From the IMG/VR virus record IMGVR_UViG_2778261214_000022, positions 1 through 49,673 of that record: DNA of 49,673 nucleotides. One strand, written 5' to 3'. The position numbers and the translations under genes are program-made. Source of the stretch: a virus (Duplodnaviria > Heunggongvirae > Uroviricota > Caudoviricetes). Below the pieces are notes generated by a model that saw only the letters and a program-made list of their open reading frames with translations, ran no database searches and was not told the origin of the DNA. Positions 39,255 through 48,740 of the stretch are shown in pieces. Numbering within the stretch: position 1 is the stretch's first letter; the number at the start of each line of letters is the position of its first letter.

Positions 39255-39967
39255 TGTCAAACGCTCAAAAAATACCGTTTCTCCGAACGCTGTCGGAGAT
39301 GATGACCAGTTCTGGTAACCAGCAAGCCGAGCTTAAAGGCCGTGAATTGCCCTGCCATGTTGTCGATGTCAGCGGGCAGATAGTGACAGTTCAGTTTGAT
39401 ATGCTCCCCGAGGGGATCAACTTTCCGCAGATAACAATCCCTGTCGCCACATTCCCGTATATCCGTTACCCGATACAGCCGGGCGATCGAGGAGTAACAA
39501 TTGCCGCTGATGTATCCCTGCGCGGTGTGTCCGGGTTGGGAACTGGTATGGCGACGCTCTCTTACTCGATGTCGCTCACTCCCCTGTTTTTCGTGCCACT
39601 GGCAAACAAGGACTGGTCCGACGAAGATCCGCAAAAAATCGTTTTGTACGGTCCGGATGGCGCGATCCTCAAAACAGAGGACGGCAGTAGCTCGGTAACG
39701 GTGGCTCCGGAAGAAATCAGGCAAAAGTCGAAAGCTGTTTACCTTGAGGCCGAAGATATTTTCCTGAACGGGAAAATTCACCTCAACGGACCGATCGTCC
39801 AGGACAAAGCCCAGATGAAGGATACAACCGCTTCGCTGATTGGCCCTCTTAAGGTCGAGAAAGATGCAGTTATCAACGGCGTGAGCGCCAGCGGCCACAG
39901 CCACGATGTGACTGGCGTTCAAAGCGGCGGCAGCACGATCACGTCGAAGCAACCAAATCCGGGTTAA
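39254..39967 (+). CDS. Baseplate spike-like protein
   Basis: 237 aa. Confidence 0.5.
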   Translation: MSNAQKIPFLRTLSEMMTSSGNQQAELKGRELPCHVVDVSGQIVTVQFDMLPEGINFPQITIPVATFPYIRYPIQPGDRGVTIAADVSLRGVSGLGTGMATLSYSMSLTPLFFVPLANKDWSDEDPQKIVLYGPDGAILKTEDGSSSVTVAPEEIRQKSKAVYLEAEDIFLNGKIHLNGPIVQDKAQMKDTTASLIGPLKVEKDAVINGVSASGHSHDVTGVQSGGSTITSKQPNPG

Positions 39968-40006
39968 CCGGTTAATTTCACTTTAAATTCTATCCATAAA
40001 GCGAAA

Positions 40007-40037
40007 GCCCCGACTGGGCAAACAGTCGGGGCTTTTT
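40007..40037 (+). terminator. Strong intrinsic terminator ending baseplate operon
   Basis: gccccgactg-ggcaaa-cagtcggggc followed by TTTTT. Confidence 0.75.
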
Positions 40038-40069
40038 GTTTCTGACCTTGAATAAGGCAAGGAGAAGTC

Positions 40070-40207
40070 GTGTTTGATTTTAGCAAACTGATTCGGGAGA
40101 TTCGAGTTATGGCTGAAAAATTATCCACCTGGAAGTTTTTGCTTATTTGGTTGGTCTTTCTGATTCTTGCGTCTGGTTATTTTGTTGGTCAGATCCGATG
40201 GTGGTGA
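40070..40207 (+). CDS. Small single-pass membrane peptide ending RWW
   Basis: 45 aa from GTG with AAGGAG RBS (MFDFSKLIREIRVMAEKLSTWKFLLIWLVFLILASGYFVGQIRWW). Confidence 0.4.
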   Translation: MFDFSKLIREIRVMAEKLSTWKFLLIWLVFLILASGYFVGQIRWW

Positions 40208-40214
40208 GGGCGCG

Positions 40215-40562
40215 ATGAGAACATGGGGCCGCGTCAACGACGCGAACGGCAACAAAAAATGGGTTGCAGTAGAATCTGACACCAACGGTGATTTCTCCTA
40301 CGGCTGGCTGACGACGCTCATTCAGACGTTAAAGCTGGGGTTGGGGGAGTCGCCGTTTTACGCGAATTACGGCATTCCAGCGCAGCAGTGCATCGTGCAG
40401 CAGATTTACCCGGATTACTATGTGAACATGGTTCAGCAACAGTTTGCCGGGTATTTTGCATCATTGGCAATTTCAAAGGTAGATGGGGCAGAGAACCCCA
40501 CCTATAACATCGATGTTGTGTTTTTTAATGGGACCAGTTATCGGACGCAGGTTCCGGTTTGA
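40215..40562 (+). CDS. Hypothetical protein
   Basis: 115 aa from Met17; possibly a baseplate component or cargo. Confidence 0.55.
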   Translation: MRTWGRVNDANGNKKWVAVESDTNGDFSYGWLTTLIQTLKLGLGESPFYANYGIPAQQCIVQQIYPDYYVNMVQQQFAGYFASLAISKVDGAENPTYNIDVVFFNGTSYRTQVPV

Positions 40563-41101
40563 GGCAAGTTTTCGGGCATCAGTTGGGCCAGTGGCGTATT
40601 AAGAAGTTCATCGCGTGGCATGACAATCCATCCACTTTTGCGTAGTAAGTGAATTGCCCATTCTGTGGTGATAACTGAGCCTGATTTGTGGTGCTCAATG
40701 TGGGTAACCGATCCGTTTCTGACGCGCATGATGATGTCAACATTCAGAGGGGATTGTGTGCTGGTAGTTTCTTCGCGCAGCTTCTTCTCGCACTCGATGA
40801 AGTATCGGCGGATCTGGCGGCCTTTTTCGTTGCGTTCGACCATTGCCAGCTCTTTGGCGGTATCTAGGGTGAGGTGGTAGTCCTTGCGGTTGTGGCCTCC
40901 CCGGCCTTTTGCTTCCCGAATTTGGGAAGCAATCACATAGTCCTGATTTTCTACGAATTCATACTCGCTAAGTCGCTCGGTGATCCAAGTAGCAAAGCGC
41001 TTACCTATTTCGAGAAAGGCGTGCAGATCGCGAGCATTACAGAGAAGGATGGTTTCGTTTGAGACTGTTCCGTTGAAAACGGGGATCAGTTGGGTTGTCA
41101 T
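40538..41101 (-). CDS. AntA-type antirepressor-like protein
   Basis: 187 aa from internal Met with GAGGT RBS; N-terminal antirepressor-like region (ARDLHAFLEIGKRFATWITERLSEYEFVENQDYV ... LTLDTAKELAMVERNEKGRQIRRYF). Confidence 0.7.
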   Translation of the reverse strand: MTTQLIPVFNGTVSNETILLCNARDLHAFLEIGKRFATWITERLSEYEFVENQDYVIASQIREAKGRGGHNRKDYHLTLDTAKELAMVERNEKGRQIRRYFIECEKKLREETTSTQSPLNVDIIMRVRNGSVTHIEHHKSGSVITTEWAIHLLRKSGWIVMPRDELLNTPLAQLMPENLPQTGTCVR

Positions 41102-41434
41102 GATGACCTCTGTTTGTTTTCTTCGAATTACCACTATCTGAGTGGTGCCAGGAGGTTCGAAACGGCACAAACAAAGCCGCGGACTTATTCCCCTTTCGGG
41201 TGTTGTATTCGTCGCCCTCCCGACATTGATCGGGGATGTGACCGCACATGGTGCCATCACTAAATAGTAGGCATAAAAAATCCAACACTGACGGGGTTGG
41301 TTGTGACCGTGTTTGTTGAGGTTTCGACGCCTCATGCACATAATCATACTCAATAGCTCATGGATGTAAAGTCTGATTTGAATAGAGAAAAACCGTTGAT
41401 AAAATCCGCATGAACATTTGATAATGAGGTGATT

Positions 41435-41824
41435 ATGTCGGTAAGTATAAAAATTGCACTCCCTTTATTTACAATTTTATTCGTCTCTTGGTGTGCGATT
41501 GGTACGCCAATTGAAAAATCAGAAAGGCTCATTACTAATCAAGATGTTTCTTTAAGCGAAGAACAACGGCAATTGCTTCAGCATATGAGAAATGAAATGA
41601 TTGTAACAGATCAACTATCAGAATCGTGTCGCTTGGTGAGTGAAGGAAAGGAAAAAGCGGCTTTAACAAAACTCCAAAGTATAGAATGGAGCAATACGGG
41701 GTTAAAAATTTCCAAAAATGGCGTTCATAATGACGGTATTATTGAATACTTTAAGAAAAGACTGCAATTAGGTAGCGAAGGATGTGATGTTTTTACCCAA
41801 GATCTTATTCGTGACGTATATTAA
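41435..41824 (+). CDS. Secreted hypothetical protein
   Basis: 129 aa; hydrophobic signal-like N-terminus; GAGGTGA RBS; AT-rich. Confidence 0.6.
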   Translation: MSVSIKIALPLFTILFVSWCAIGTPIEKSERLITNQDVSLSEEQRQLLQHMRNEMIVTDQLSESCRLVSEGKEKAALTKLQSIEWSNTGLKISKNGVHNDGIIEYFKKRLQLGSEGCDVFTQDLIRDVY

Positions 41825-41828
41825 AAAC

Positions 41829-41857
41829 AGCCCGCGTTCAGCGGGTTGTTTTTTTTT
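41829..41857. terminator. Bidirectional intrinsic terminator between convergent genes
   Basis: cccgc-gttca-gcggg followed by T-run, A-run upstream. Confidence 0.7.
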
Positions 41858-41861
41858 GAGG

Positions 41862-42338
41862 TTACTTGTAATTACCTATTGTGCCACTGATTTCGCATGA
41901 ATACTTACTGAATTCAGTAGGTACAAATTCAACGGAAATAATATCCCCTACTTTTAATGGTCTTGAATCGGACATTCTTATTTCATACTTTAATTCTGGA
42001 TTTTTGAAATCAACCGCAGATAATCTTTGGTTTGATAGTGAATTTACTTTAACTTTTGTTTTATACCAATGCTTGTCTAGATTTGAATCAAAAAATATCT
42101 TTGCGGAATCATCAGTGCTAAACTGATCGCAGATTTCGGAAACTATTTTGTCGCTTTTAACGACCGCTGTCTTATAAGATGATGATTCATTTTTAATATC
42201 TTCATCGGAAGGTGATGAAAAATGGCCAATTAAATAAAGTATAAAGACAATTCCAATTAATGTTCCACAGCCACCATTATTCCTTCCGCTTGATACAGAA
42301 ATACCAGAAAGACCTTTTTTGTTGAAATAGAACCGCAT
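41862..42338 (-). CDS. Membrane-anchored hypothetical protein
   Basis: 158 aa; AAGGAG RBS 5 nt before ATG; N-terminal TM segment; AT-rich codon usage. Confidence 0.65.
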   Translation of the reverse strand: MRFYFNKKGLSGISVSSGRNNGGCGTLIGIVFILYLIGHFSSPSDEDIKNESSSYKTAVVKSDKIVSEICDQFSTDDSAKIFFDSNLDKHWYKTKVKVNSLSNQRLSAVDFKNPELKYEIRMSDSRPLKVGDIISVEFVPTEFSKYSCEISGTIGNYK

Positions 42339-42375
42339 TATATCTCCTTATAACGTATTCAAGTGATAAGTAAAT

Positions 42376-43602
42376 ATGTCAGAAATACCAATTACTATGA
42401 CCAGTGCGGGTGCGCAGCCTACGCCACCCAATGATTTGCTCGCAAATCTTATCACCAGAGTTGCTGAAAAAGTACCTGGATATACAGCCAACCTTCCGGC
42501 GGGACTTATTACAGACCTTGCCAGCACGGCAGTCGGGGCGCTGGCATTAATAGACCAGGCGCGGGTTGATCTTATTAACTCCGTAAGCCCATACGGCGCG
42601 AATATTCCGTTACTGATGCAACTCGGAAACATTTATGGAGCACAGAAGGGATTAAGTACAAATACGGCGGTATACGTGGTGTTTGAGGCGTTGCCGGGGT
42701 TTGGTATCCCTAAAGGATTTGTTGTCGGTGACGGCAACTACCAGTATGCAGTTTCCCGCGATACGGTGGTACCGGAAAGCGGGCAGACTGAGCCAGTCTA
42801 CTGTGTGGCCACAACGTCAGGCTCATGGGCTGTACCGGAAGGAACCGTAACGCAGGTCATTACATCGGTACCCAAAGATCAGCCTGTAAAATGCACGAAC
42901 CTTACCGCAGGTATGCCCGGTCAGGAGGCGCAGACGTGGGCATCATACCGCGCCGAAGTCATGGAGTCCGGCATGTTTGGTGTGCAGGGAACACCGGATT
43001 GCTTTAAAGCGATGCTCAAATCAGTAAGCGGTGTGCGCGAAAACCTGATTTCTTTCCGGCAGTCGTCGCTGGGGAAATGGGTTGCGGTTGTTGGTGGCGG
43101 TGATCCGTATGATGTGGCTTATGCGATTTACAAATCTGTACCGGATATTTCGAAACTGACCAACGATGTTAGCAATCTGTCCGGTGCGGCAGTGGAAAAA
43201 CGCACGGTTTCAATAACCGTTTCGCCGGACGTTTATCAGGTGCCTTTCGTTATCCCGTCATCACAAAATGTTATGGTGCTAATCACCTGGAACACGGTGT
43301 CTGATGATTATGTTGATCCGGCGGGTATTGCTATGGCTGTGCAGCAAAACGTTGCTGATTACATCAATTCAATTGAAGTCGGACACCCGATAAATCTGCT
43401 GCGAATCCAGGATATTTTTACCAGCTCCGTAAAATTGCTGGTTGATGCGACGTTGATCTCAACAATCAGTGTGAGCATTGGTATTAACGGCCATATTGTT
43501 CTTCCGGCAAAAGACACAAGCCTGGTTTATGGCGATACCTATTCCTATTTTTCGACGGTGGCATCACAGGTTCAGGTCAACAAGTATGCAATATCTGACT
43601 GA
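42376..43602 (+). CDS. Baseplate J-like protein
   Basis: 408 aa, followed by I-like and tail fiber genes. Confidence 0.65.
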   Translation: MSEIPITMTSAGAQPTPPNDLLANLITRVAEKVPGYTANLPAGLITDLASTAVGALALIDQARVDLINSVSPYGANIPLLMQLGNIYGAQKGLSTNTAVYVVFEALPGFGIPKGFVVGDGNYQYAVSRDTVVPESGQTEPVYCVATTSGSWAVPEGTVTQVITSVPKDQPVKCTNLTAGMPGQEAQTWASYRAEVMESGMFGVQGTPDCFKAMLKSVSGVRENLISFRQSSLGKWVAVVGGGDPYDVAYAIYKSVPDISKLTNDVSNLSGAAVEKRTVSITVSPDVYQVPFVIPSSQNVMVLITWNTVSDDYVDPAGIAMAVQQNVADYINSIEVGHPINLLRIQDIFTSSVKLLVDATLISTISVSIGINGHIVLPAKDTSLVYGDTYSYFSTVASQVQVNKYAISD

Positions 43603-44212
43603 GAAAATTCTCCCTGCTTATCCATTTGTGCAGTACAGAGATGATCCGAATGTTGTTGCGTTCTTTGATGCATACAATGAAATTGCTCAGGAATACCTTG
43701 ATTCACTCAACAATCTGGCATTGCCATGCTGGACATCGGAATCAATAACCGGGCAATTGCTGGACTGGATTGCACTCGGGATTTATGGCGTTGAAAGGCC
43801 TTTACTACAGGTTTCCGAGGAGGCTATTGCACGCGGCGCATACGATACCATTGAATACAATACGATCCCGTATGCAGCAATGCGGAATTACGTTCCGGGG
43901 CAGGCATCGTATGTTCCTGATGATTATTTCAAACGAATATTAACGTGGAATTTTTATAAGGCTGACGGTTCGCATTTCTGCATTGACTGGTTAAAGCGCC
44001 GTGTGGCGCGGTTCATTCATGGAAAAAATGGAATAGACCCGCCGTTGCAGCACACTTTTGATGTGAGCGTGACTGTGTCGGACAGCGTTTTTTCTATTCA
44101 TATACCAGAATATGGTGATGGTATAGGCTATTTTCTGAAAGATGCCATTGACCAGAAATATGTAAAACTCCCTTTTATTTATTCTTATGCAACAACGGTG
44201 ATTCAAAAATGA
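43586..44212 (+). CDS. Tail protein I-like
   Basis: 208 aa from internal Met, 17 nt overlap with upstream gene. Confidence 0.5.
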   Translation: MQYLTEKILPAYPFVQYRDDPNVVAFFDAYNEIAQEYLDSLNNLALPCWTSESITGQLLDWIALGIYGVERPLLQVSEEAIARGAYDTIEYNTIPYAAMRNYVPGQASYVPDDYFKRILTWNFYKADGSHFCIDWLKRRVARFIHGKNGIDPPLQHTFDVSVTVSDSVFSIHIPEYGDGIGYFLKDAIDQKYVKLPFIYSYATTVIQK

Positions 44213-45702
44213 TTCTTGGGTTCGGCAATAACGTTGTTTCAGCACTGGCTGGTGATATCACCACGATTCAGACTGATATTCCGGTAATGCCCGGTACAGG
44301 GGCTAAATTTGCAAAATTGCTTTCTGCCGATTTTGAAAATAAATCGAACGGGCAACGCGTCTATGCAAAAATTACGCTTACCGATAATAAAGAGTCTGCA
44401 TTTGAGATTTGTCATTTGGTATCGGTAAGCGGTGATGTGTTGAAAGTCATTCGTGGGCAGGAAGGAACAACCGCGAAAGGTTGGTCCCTTAATGATGTTG
44501 TGGCTAACTTTGCCACGCGTGGTTCGGAAAACTATTTCGTACAGATAGCGCAGCTTCAGAGCGGTCATTATATTGCGGGTGTTGCTGGCGGCACTGCAAA
44601 CGCACTGACGCTGGAACTTCCCTCGACGTTTTTTGTTAATGGAGGTACAGATTGGACGCTACGAACTCCGATTATCGTTTTCCCCGTTCAGAACAATACC
44701 AACGCCGCGACGCTTCAATTAACACTAGGCGGAAAGGTTCTTGGTTCGTTCCCACTTTATAAGGGGAACAAGTCCGAGCTGGTAGCGAATGATATCATTA
44801 AGGGTATTCCTTTGATTTGCCTTCTTGATAGCGAGAAAAGCTATTTCAGTGTGATAAACCCCGGCAATATCTATTCAGATTTTGATCTGCGATATGTAAA
44901 AAAATCTGGTGATTTGATGACCGGGGAGCTGAAAATTCGTGGTGTTAATGCATTGAGGATTTTTAACGAGGCTTTTGGCCTTATTTTTCGTCGTTCGGAA
45001 GAGTGCCTGCACCTTATCCCTACCAGTGAAGGTCAGGGCGAAAACGGTGATATCGGCCCATTAAGGCCATTTGCTATAAATCTGAGAACAGGCGCTATAT
45101 CAGTCAGCCACGGTGCAAAAATTGATGGTGGGCTGGCGCTTGGTACGAATAACGCATTGGGTGGTAATTCTATTACTCTCGGTGATAACGATACAGGTAT
45201 AAAACAAAACGGCGATGGCATTCTGGATGTTTATGCTAATAATCAGCGCGTATTTCGCTTTCAGAATGGAGTTGCTATTGCTTTTAAAAACGTTCAGGCC
45301 GGGGATAGTAAAAAATTCACGCTATCCAGCTCCAACAGCTCCACGAAGAACGTAGGGTTTAATTTATGGGGTAATCCATCCAGACCTGTAGTTGCAGAAC
45401 TTGGTGATGATTCCGGCTGGCATTTCTACAGTCAGAGAAATACAGACGATAGCGTCACATTCGCTGTAAATGGGCAGATAACTCCATCAAACTACGGAAA
45501 CTTTGATGCCCGCTATCAGACCAAAACAGGCGGCGTGCAGGATGTACGTCTGGGAAGCGCCATTGGTATTGGACGCGGGGGAAATGCGCCATCAGGTCAT
45601 TTACTGAGTGGTGTTGATGGCGGTGAAAGTGTGAACTGGGCCAATGCACGCCCGGTGCAGGTTCTGATTAATGGCGTCTGGAGAAATGTAGCGAGTTTGT
45701 AA
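44209..45702 (+). CDS. Tail fiber protein
   Basis: 497 aa, Gly/Asn/Ser-rich C-terminal part, followed by assembly chaperone. Confidence 0.7.
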   Translation: MILGFGNNVVSALAGDITTIQTDIPVMPGTGAKFAKLLSADFENKSNGQRVYAKITLTDNKESAFEICHLVSVSGDVLKVIRGQEGTTAKGWSLNDVVANFATRGSENYFVQIAQLQSGHYIAGVAGGTANALTLELPSTFFVNGGTDWTLRTPIIVFPVQNNTNAATLQLTLGGKVLGSFPLYKGNKSELVANDIIKGIPLICLLDSEKSYFSVINPGNIYSDFDLRYVKKSGDLMTGELKIRGVNALRIFNEAFGLIFRRSEECLHLIPTSEGQGENGDIGPLRPFAINLRTGAISVSHGAKIDGGLALGTNNALGGNSITLGDNDTGIKQNGDGILDVYANNQRVFRFQNGVAIAFKNVQAGDSKKFTLSSSNSSTKNVGFNLWGNPSRPVVAELGDDSGWHFYSQRNTDDSVTFAVNGQITPSNYGNFDARYQTKTGGVQDVRLGSAIGIGRGGNAPSGHLLSGVDGGESVNWANARPVQVLINGVWRNVASL

Positions 45703-45704
45703 TC

Positions 45705-46253
45705 ATGATGCACTTAAAAAATATTACGGTACAAAACCCTAAAACAATTGAGCAATACCAGCTGGCGCGACAGCATAAATTTTTATTGTGGCTGTTCTCA
45801 GATGATGGACAGGAATGGCACGAAGCCCAGGAAAAATTTCTACCAGACACCCTGAAAGTTATTTATGTTAAAACTGGCGAAGTGGTCTGGGTCGGAAAAG
45901 ACATCACCTCAATCTGCCCGGAAAATAAAAGCGTGATTGAGTTGCCGGATATTACCGCTAATCGTCGCATTGAAGCATCAGGCTACTGGTTTTACCGCAA
46001 TGATGAATTTGTTTTCGACTACAAACTTAAAGCGGAAGACGAGCGTGATGCCCTGTTAAAACAGGTCAGTATCATGACCAGCGAATGGGAAAAAGACCTG
46101 CTGCTGGGATTAATCAGCGACGAAGACAGGGAAAAGCTGAAAGCGTACCGCATTTACGCGAAATCGCTGCAGGCGATGGATTTCAGCACCATCACTGATA
46201 AAGCCTCATATAACGCCATTGAATGGCCCGTCTCTCCGGAAGCCTCTTCCTGA
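45705..46253 (+). CDS. Tail fiber assembly protein (Tfa)
   Basis: 182 aa, C-terminal AIEWPVSPE motif typical of Tfa. Confidence 0.75.
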   Translation: MMHLKNITVQNPKTIEQYQLARQHKFLLWLFSDDGQEWHEAQEKFLPDTLKVIYVKTGEVVWVGKDITSICPENKSVIELPDITANRRIEASGYWFYRNDEFVFDYKLKAEDERDALLKQVSIMTSEWEKDLLLGLISDEDREKLKAYRIYAKSLQAMDFSTITDKASYNAIEWPVSPEASS

Positions 46254-46276
46254 TTTAATTTATCGCGAGAAAAACT

Positions 46277-47701
46277 ATGTCTGTAGTGATATCAGGTGCG
46301 CTGATTGATGGCGCAGGCATCCCCATGTCCGGATGCCACATAATTCTGAAATCCCGGGTAAACACCTCAGAGGTGGTGATGCGCACAGTTGCCGACGTGG
46401 TGACAGGAAACTGTGGCGAGTACTGTTTTGAGGCGCAGACCGGAAAATACTGCGTATATCTGAAGCAGGACTGGCGCGACGAGTACTGTGTTGGAGATAT
46501 TGCTGTATACGACGACTCAAAGCCCGGCACACTGAATGATTTTCTGACCGCCCCCGATGAAGGCGACCTCAAGCCCGACGTGGTGAAACGTTTTGAGGAA
46601 ATGGTGGCGCAGGCGCAGCAGAGCGCGGAAACTGCAACAGAAAGCGAACGACAGGCAGGGCAACATGCAGACGCTGCCGCCCGTGCAAAAGAAGAGGTAA
46701 AAAAACTGGCGGAAGGTGTTCAGCAGAACGCCGACGCGGTTGCGGAGGGTAAACAACAGGCCGAAAATCTGGCCTCACGGGTTGAGGATACCGCCGCGGA
46801 GGTCAGGCAGGATGCTGAAGTCGCGAAAAAGGCCGCATCTGATGCAGAGCATGTCAGGGAGGATATTGATACTGCGTTATCTGCGGCACTGAAAACGGCG
46901 AATCGTTTATCAGAGCTGGCAGAAGAAGGCGAAGAGGCTCAGCAGGAATCCCGTGATAATCTTGGACTGAAAAGCGCAGCCACAATGACGCCACAGAGCG
47001 ACATTCGTGACCGGACTGAAGGCCGTCTGGCGACACCTGGCGCATTTGGTTTTGGGCATATTTTTTTGCCCGCAGAGCGTATCCGTTTTAACACAGAGGA
47101 TGATTTTCTGTCCTGGGTAAGGAATGCGACGCCGGGTGAATATTTTGTTGAGGGTGACAGTAAAATCATATCCGGAGGTGTGTTGTTTAACGGGATGGTC
47201 CGCATCCGGTGGGTTGAGGCACACAATAATCCACCGGAGCCGCGATATACAGCAAAGGCCATTATTTTCTACGGTATTAATGGCAATGTTTATTACAACC
47301 GCTACTGGACAACAGGTAATGGTTATCTGACTGGCTGGGAAAATCTGAAGATGACCTCACAGGACATTATCTCTCTTCTGTCCGGTATTGCTCCCGGTAC
47401 CACGGACGGCTGGTACGGTGCAGGCAGTCTTGTACTGGCGGCTTATAACGGTAAGGGAGACGCAGACACCGACCGCCGGATAAAACGCGGTTACAGCTAT
47501 CCGGGGTCACGCCTGAGCGCGGTTGAATTTATGTGTCACGGCACGACCGGTAGCGGGGTTGGATATAACGACAGCGTTTCCGTATATGTGCGGGGTTCTG
47601 GTGGTGGTATGCCGGGGTCGTATCGGGCACTGTCAGGTGATGGGCTCGGGTCTGCCGGGTCAGCCAGTGTCATGATTGGTTTGTTCATACGTATTGCGTA
47701 G
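46277..47701 (+). CDS. Side tail fiber protein (Stf-like)
   Basis: 474 aa; N-terminal lambdoid tail-fibre domain and Ala/Glu-rich coiled-coil. Confidence 0.75.
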   Translation: MSVVISGALIDGAGIPMSGCHIILKSRVNTSEVVMRTVADVVTGNCGEYCFEAQTGKYCVYLKQDWRDEYCVGDIAVYDDSKPGTLNDFLTAPDEGDLKPDVVKRFEEMVAQAQQSAETATESERQAGQHADAAARAKEEVKKLAEGVQQNADAVAEGKQQAENLASRVEDTAAEVRQDAEVAKKAASDAEHVREDIDTALSAALKTANRLSELAEEGEEAQQESRDNLGLKSAATMTPQSDIRDRTEGRLATPGAFGFGHIFLPAERIRFNTEDDFLSWVRNATPGEYFVEGDSKIISGGVLFNGMVRIRWVEAHNNPPEPRYTAKAIIFYGINGNVYYNRYWTTGNGYLTGWENLKMTSQDIISLLSGIAPGTTDGWYGAGSLVLAAYNGKGDADTDRRIKRGYSYPGSRLSAVEFMCHGTTGSGVGYNDSVSVYVRGSGGGMPGSYRALSGDGLGSAGSASVMIGLFIRIA

Positions 47702-47708
47702 GTGTTTT

Positions 47709-48272
47709 ATGGAAATAAAACGCATCGAAAATGCGCGTTATCTTGAAAATGGCGCGATTGACTGCGGGGTGTTGTTTGATGGCATGGATGAACCGGTTCC
47801 GTATACGGCAACTGCCACGGATACAGCAGAGACAGGGCAGCGAGTCTGGCAGGAGCTGCAAAGCGGGAGATGGGGAGAAATAACGCCGTTCACCGTCACG
47901 TCAGAGATGCTGGAAGCAGCAAAAGCAGCCAAACGCCGGGAAATTGAAGCATGGCGTACAGAGCAGGAGGCGCAGCCATTCATTTTTGAATGGAACGGTC
48001 ATAGCTGGAACGGGGGACCGGATTCGATGGCCCGTCTTTATCCGGTGGCGATGGCATCGAAATCCGACACAGCACGGGACGTCATGACGTGGGGCGATGC
48101 GGAAAATCAGCAGGTAAAGTTGTCAATGCAACAACTGGATGAGCTACTTACTGCAATGGTTCAGGCGCAGGTTGATCGCAATGATGAAATTTATCGCCGT
48201 CAGCGTGAATTGAAAGAGGAACTGAGCAGTCTGGGGGATTTGAATTCGATTAGGAATTTTATAGTGGAATAA
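47709..48272 (+). CDS. Tail fiber assembly / chaperone protein (second copy)
   Basis: 187 aa from Met12, directly after side tail fiber. Confidence 0.55.
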   Translation: MEIKRIENARYLENGAIDCGVLFDGMDEPVPYTATATDTAETGQRVWQELQSGRWGEITPFTVTSEMLEAAKAAKRREIEAWRTEQEAQPFIFEWNGHSWNGGPDSMARLYPVAMASKSDTARDVMTWGDAENQQVKLSMQQLDELLTAMVQAQVDRNDEIYRRQRELKEELSSLGDLNSIRNFIVE

Positions 48273-48437
48273 CAAAAGCCGCGGCACGTCGTATGCAAGA
48301 ACGTACCGCGGCTGGCTGATGGACGTTCGATAGCGCGAGTTTGAATGAAAATCAGCCGGAGGTGATTTTACATAATTGCTACGGAATTATTCAATACAGG
48401 AATTGCTTGTGTATGCATGGATTGATCTGAAATATTC

Positions 48438-48468
48438 CCGAAAATTTCTCTAAAAAACTCGAAAAAAA
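48438..48468. repeat. cccgaaaattt / ctcgaaaaaaa motifs, candidate arm-type sites at right end
   Basis: Resemble the ccccgaaatt repeats at 638-668. Confidence 0.35.
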
Positions 48469-48580
48469 TAGTAACTAATTGAATGTATTAATATGTAATG
48501 GTATGTGTTAGGGATTAAAAGATGAGCATGAATTTATTTAACACATTAATTCTAAAAGATTTTGTTGTTTGTTGACGAAA

Positions 48581-48607
48581 ACAGGAATCGTGTTCGGTCT
48601 CTTTTTA
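48581..48607. repeat. attR core (direct repeat with 577-602)
   Basis: acaggaatcgtGttcggtctc+T-run. Confidence 0.7.
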
Positions 48608-48740
48608 TCTGTTAAAAGCCAGAAGCATTTCCTTCGCTGACTTTATAGTCAACCATAACACACACTCTACTGTCTGAGTCCAGCGTTTTTTAACATTCTT
48701 GTTAAGATTATGTGATCTTTAGCGCGGGAGGAAAATATTG

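Noticed and set aside
38278-39952. Long minus-strand ORFs (148-231 aa) opposite baseplate genes
   Set aside because: Antisense to a coherent, translationally coupled plus-strand operon
41037-41339. 100 aa minus-strand ORF upstream of the antirepressor-like gene
   Set aside because: Lies in the structured leader, His/Arg-rich, no RBS
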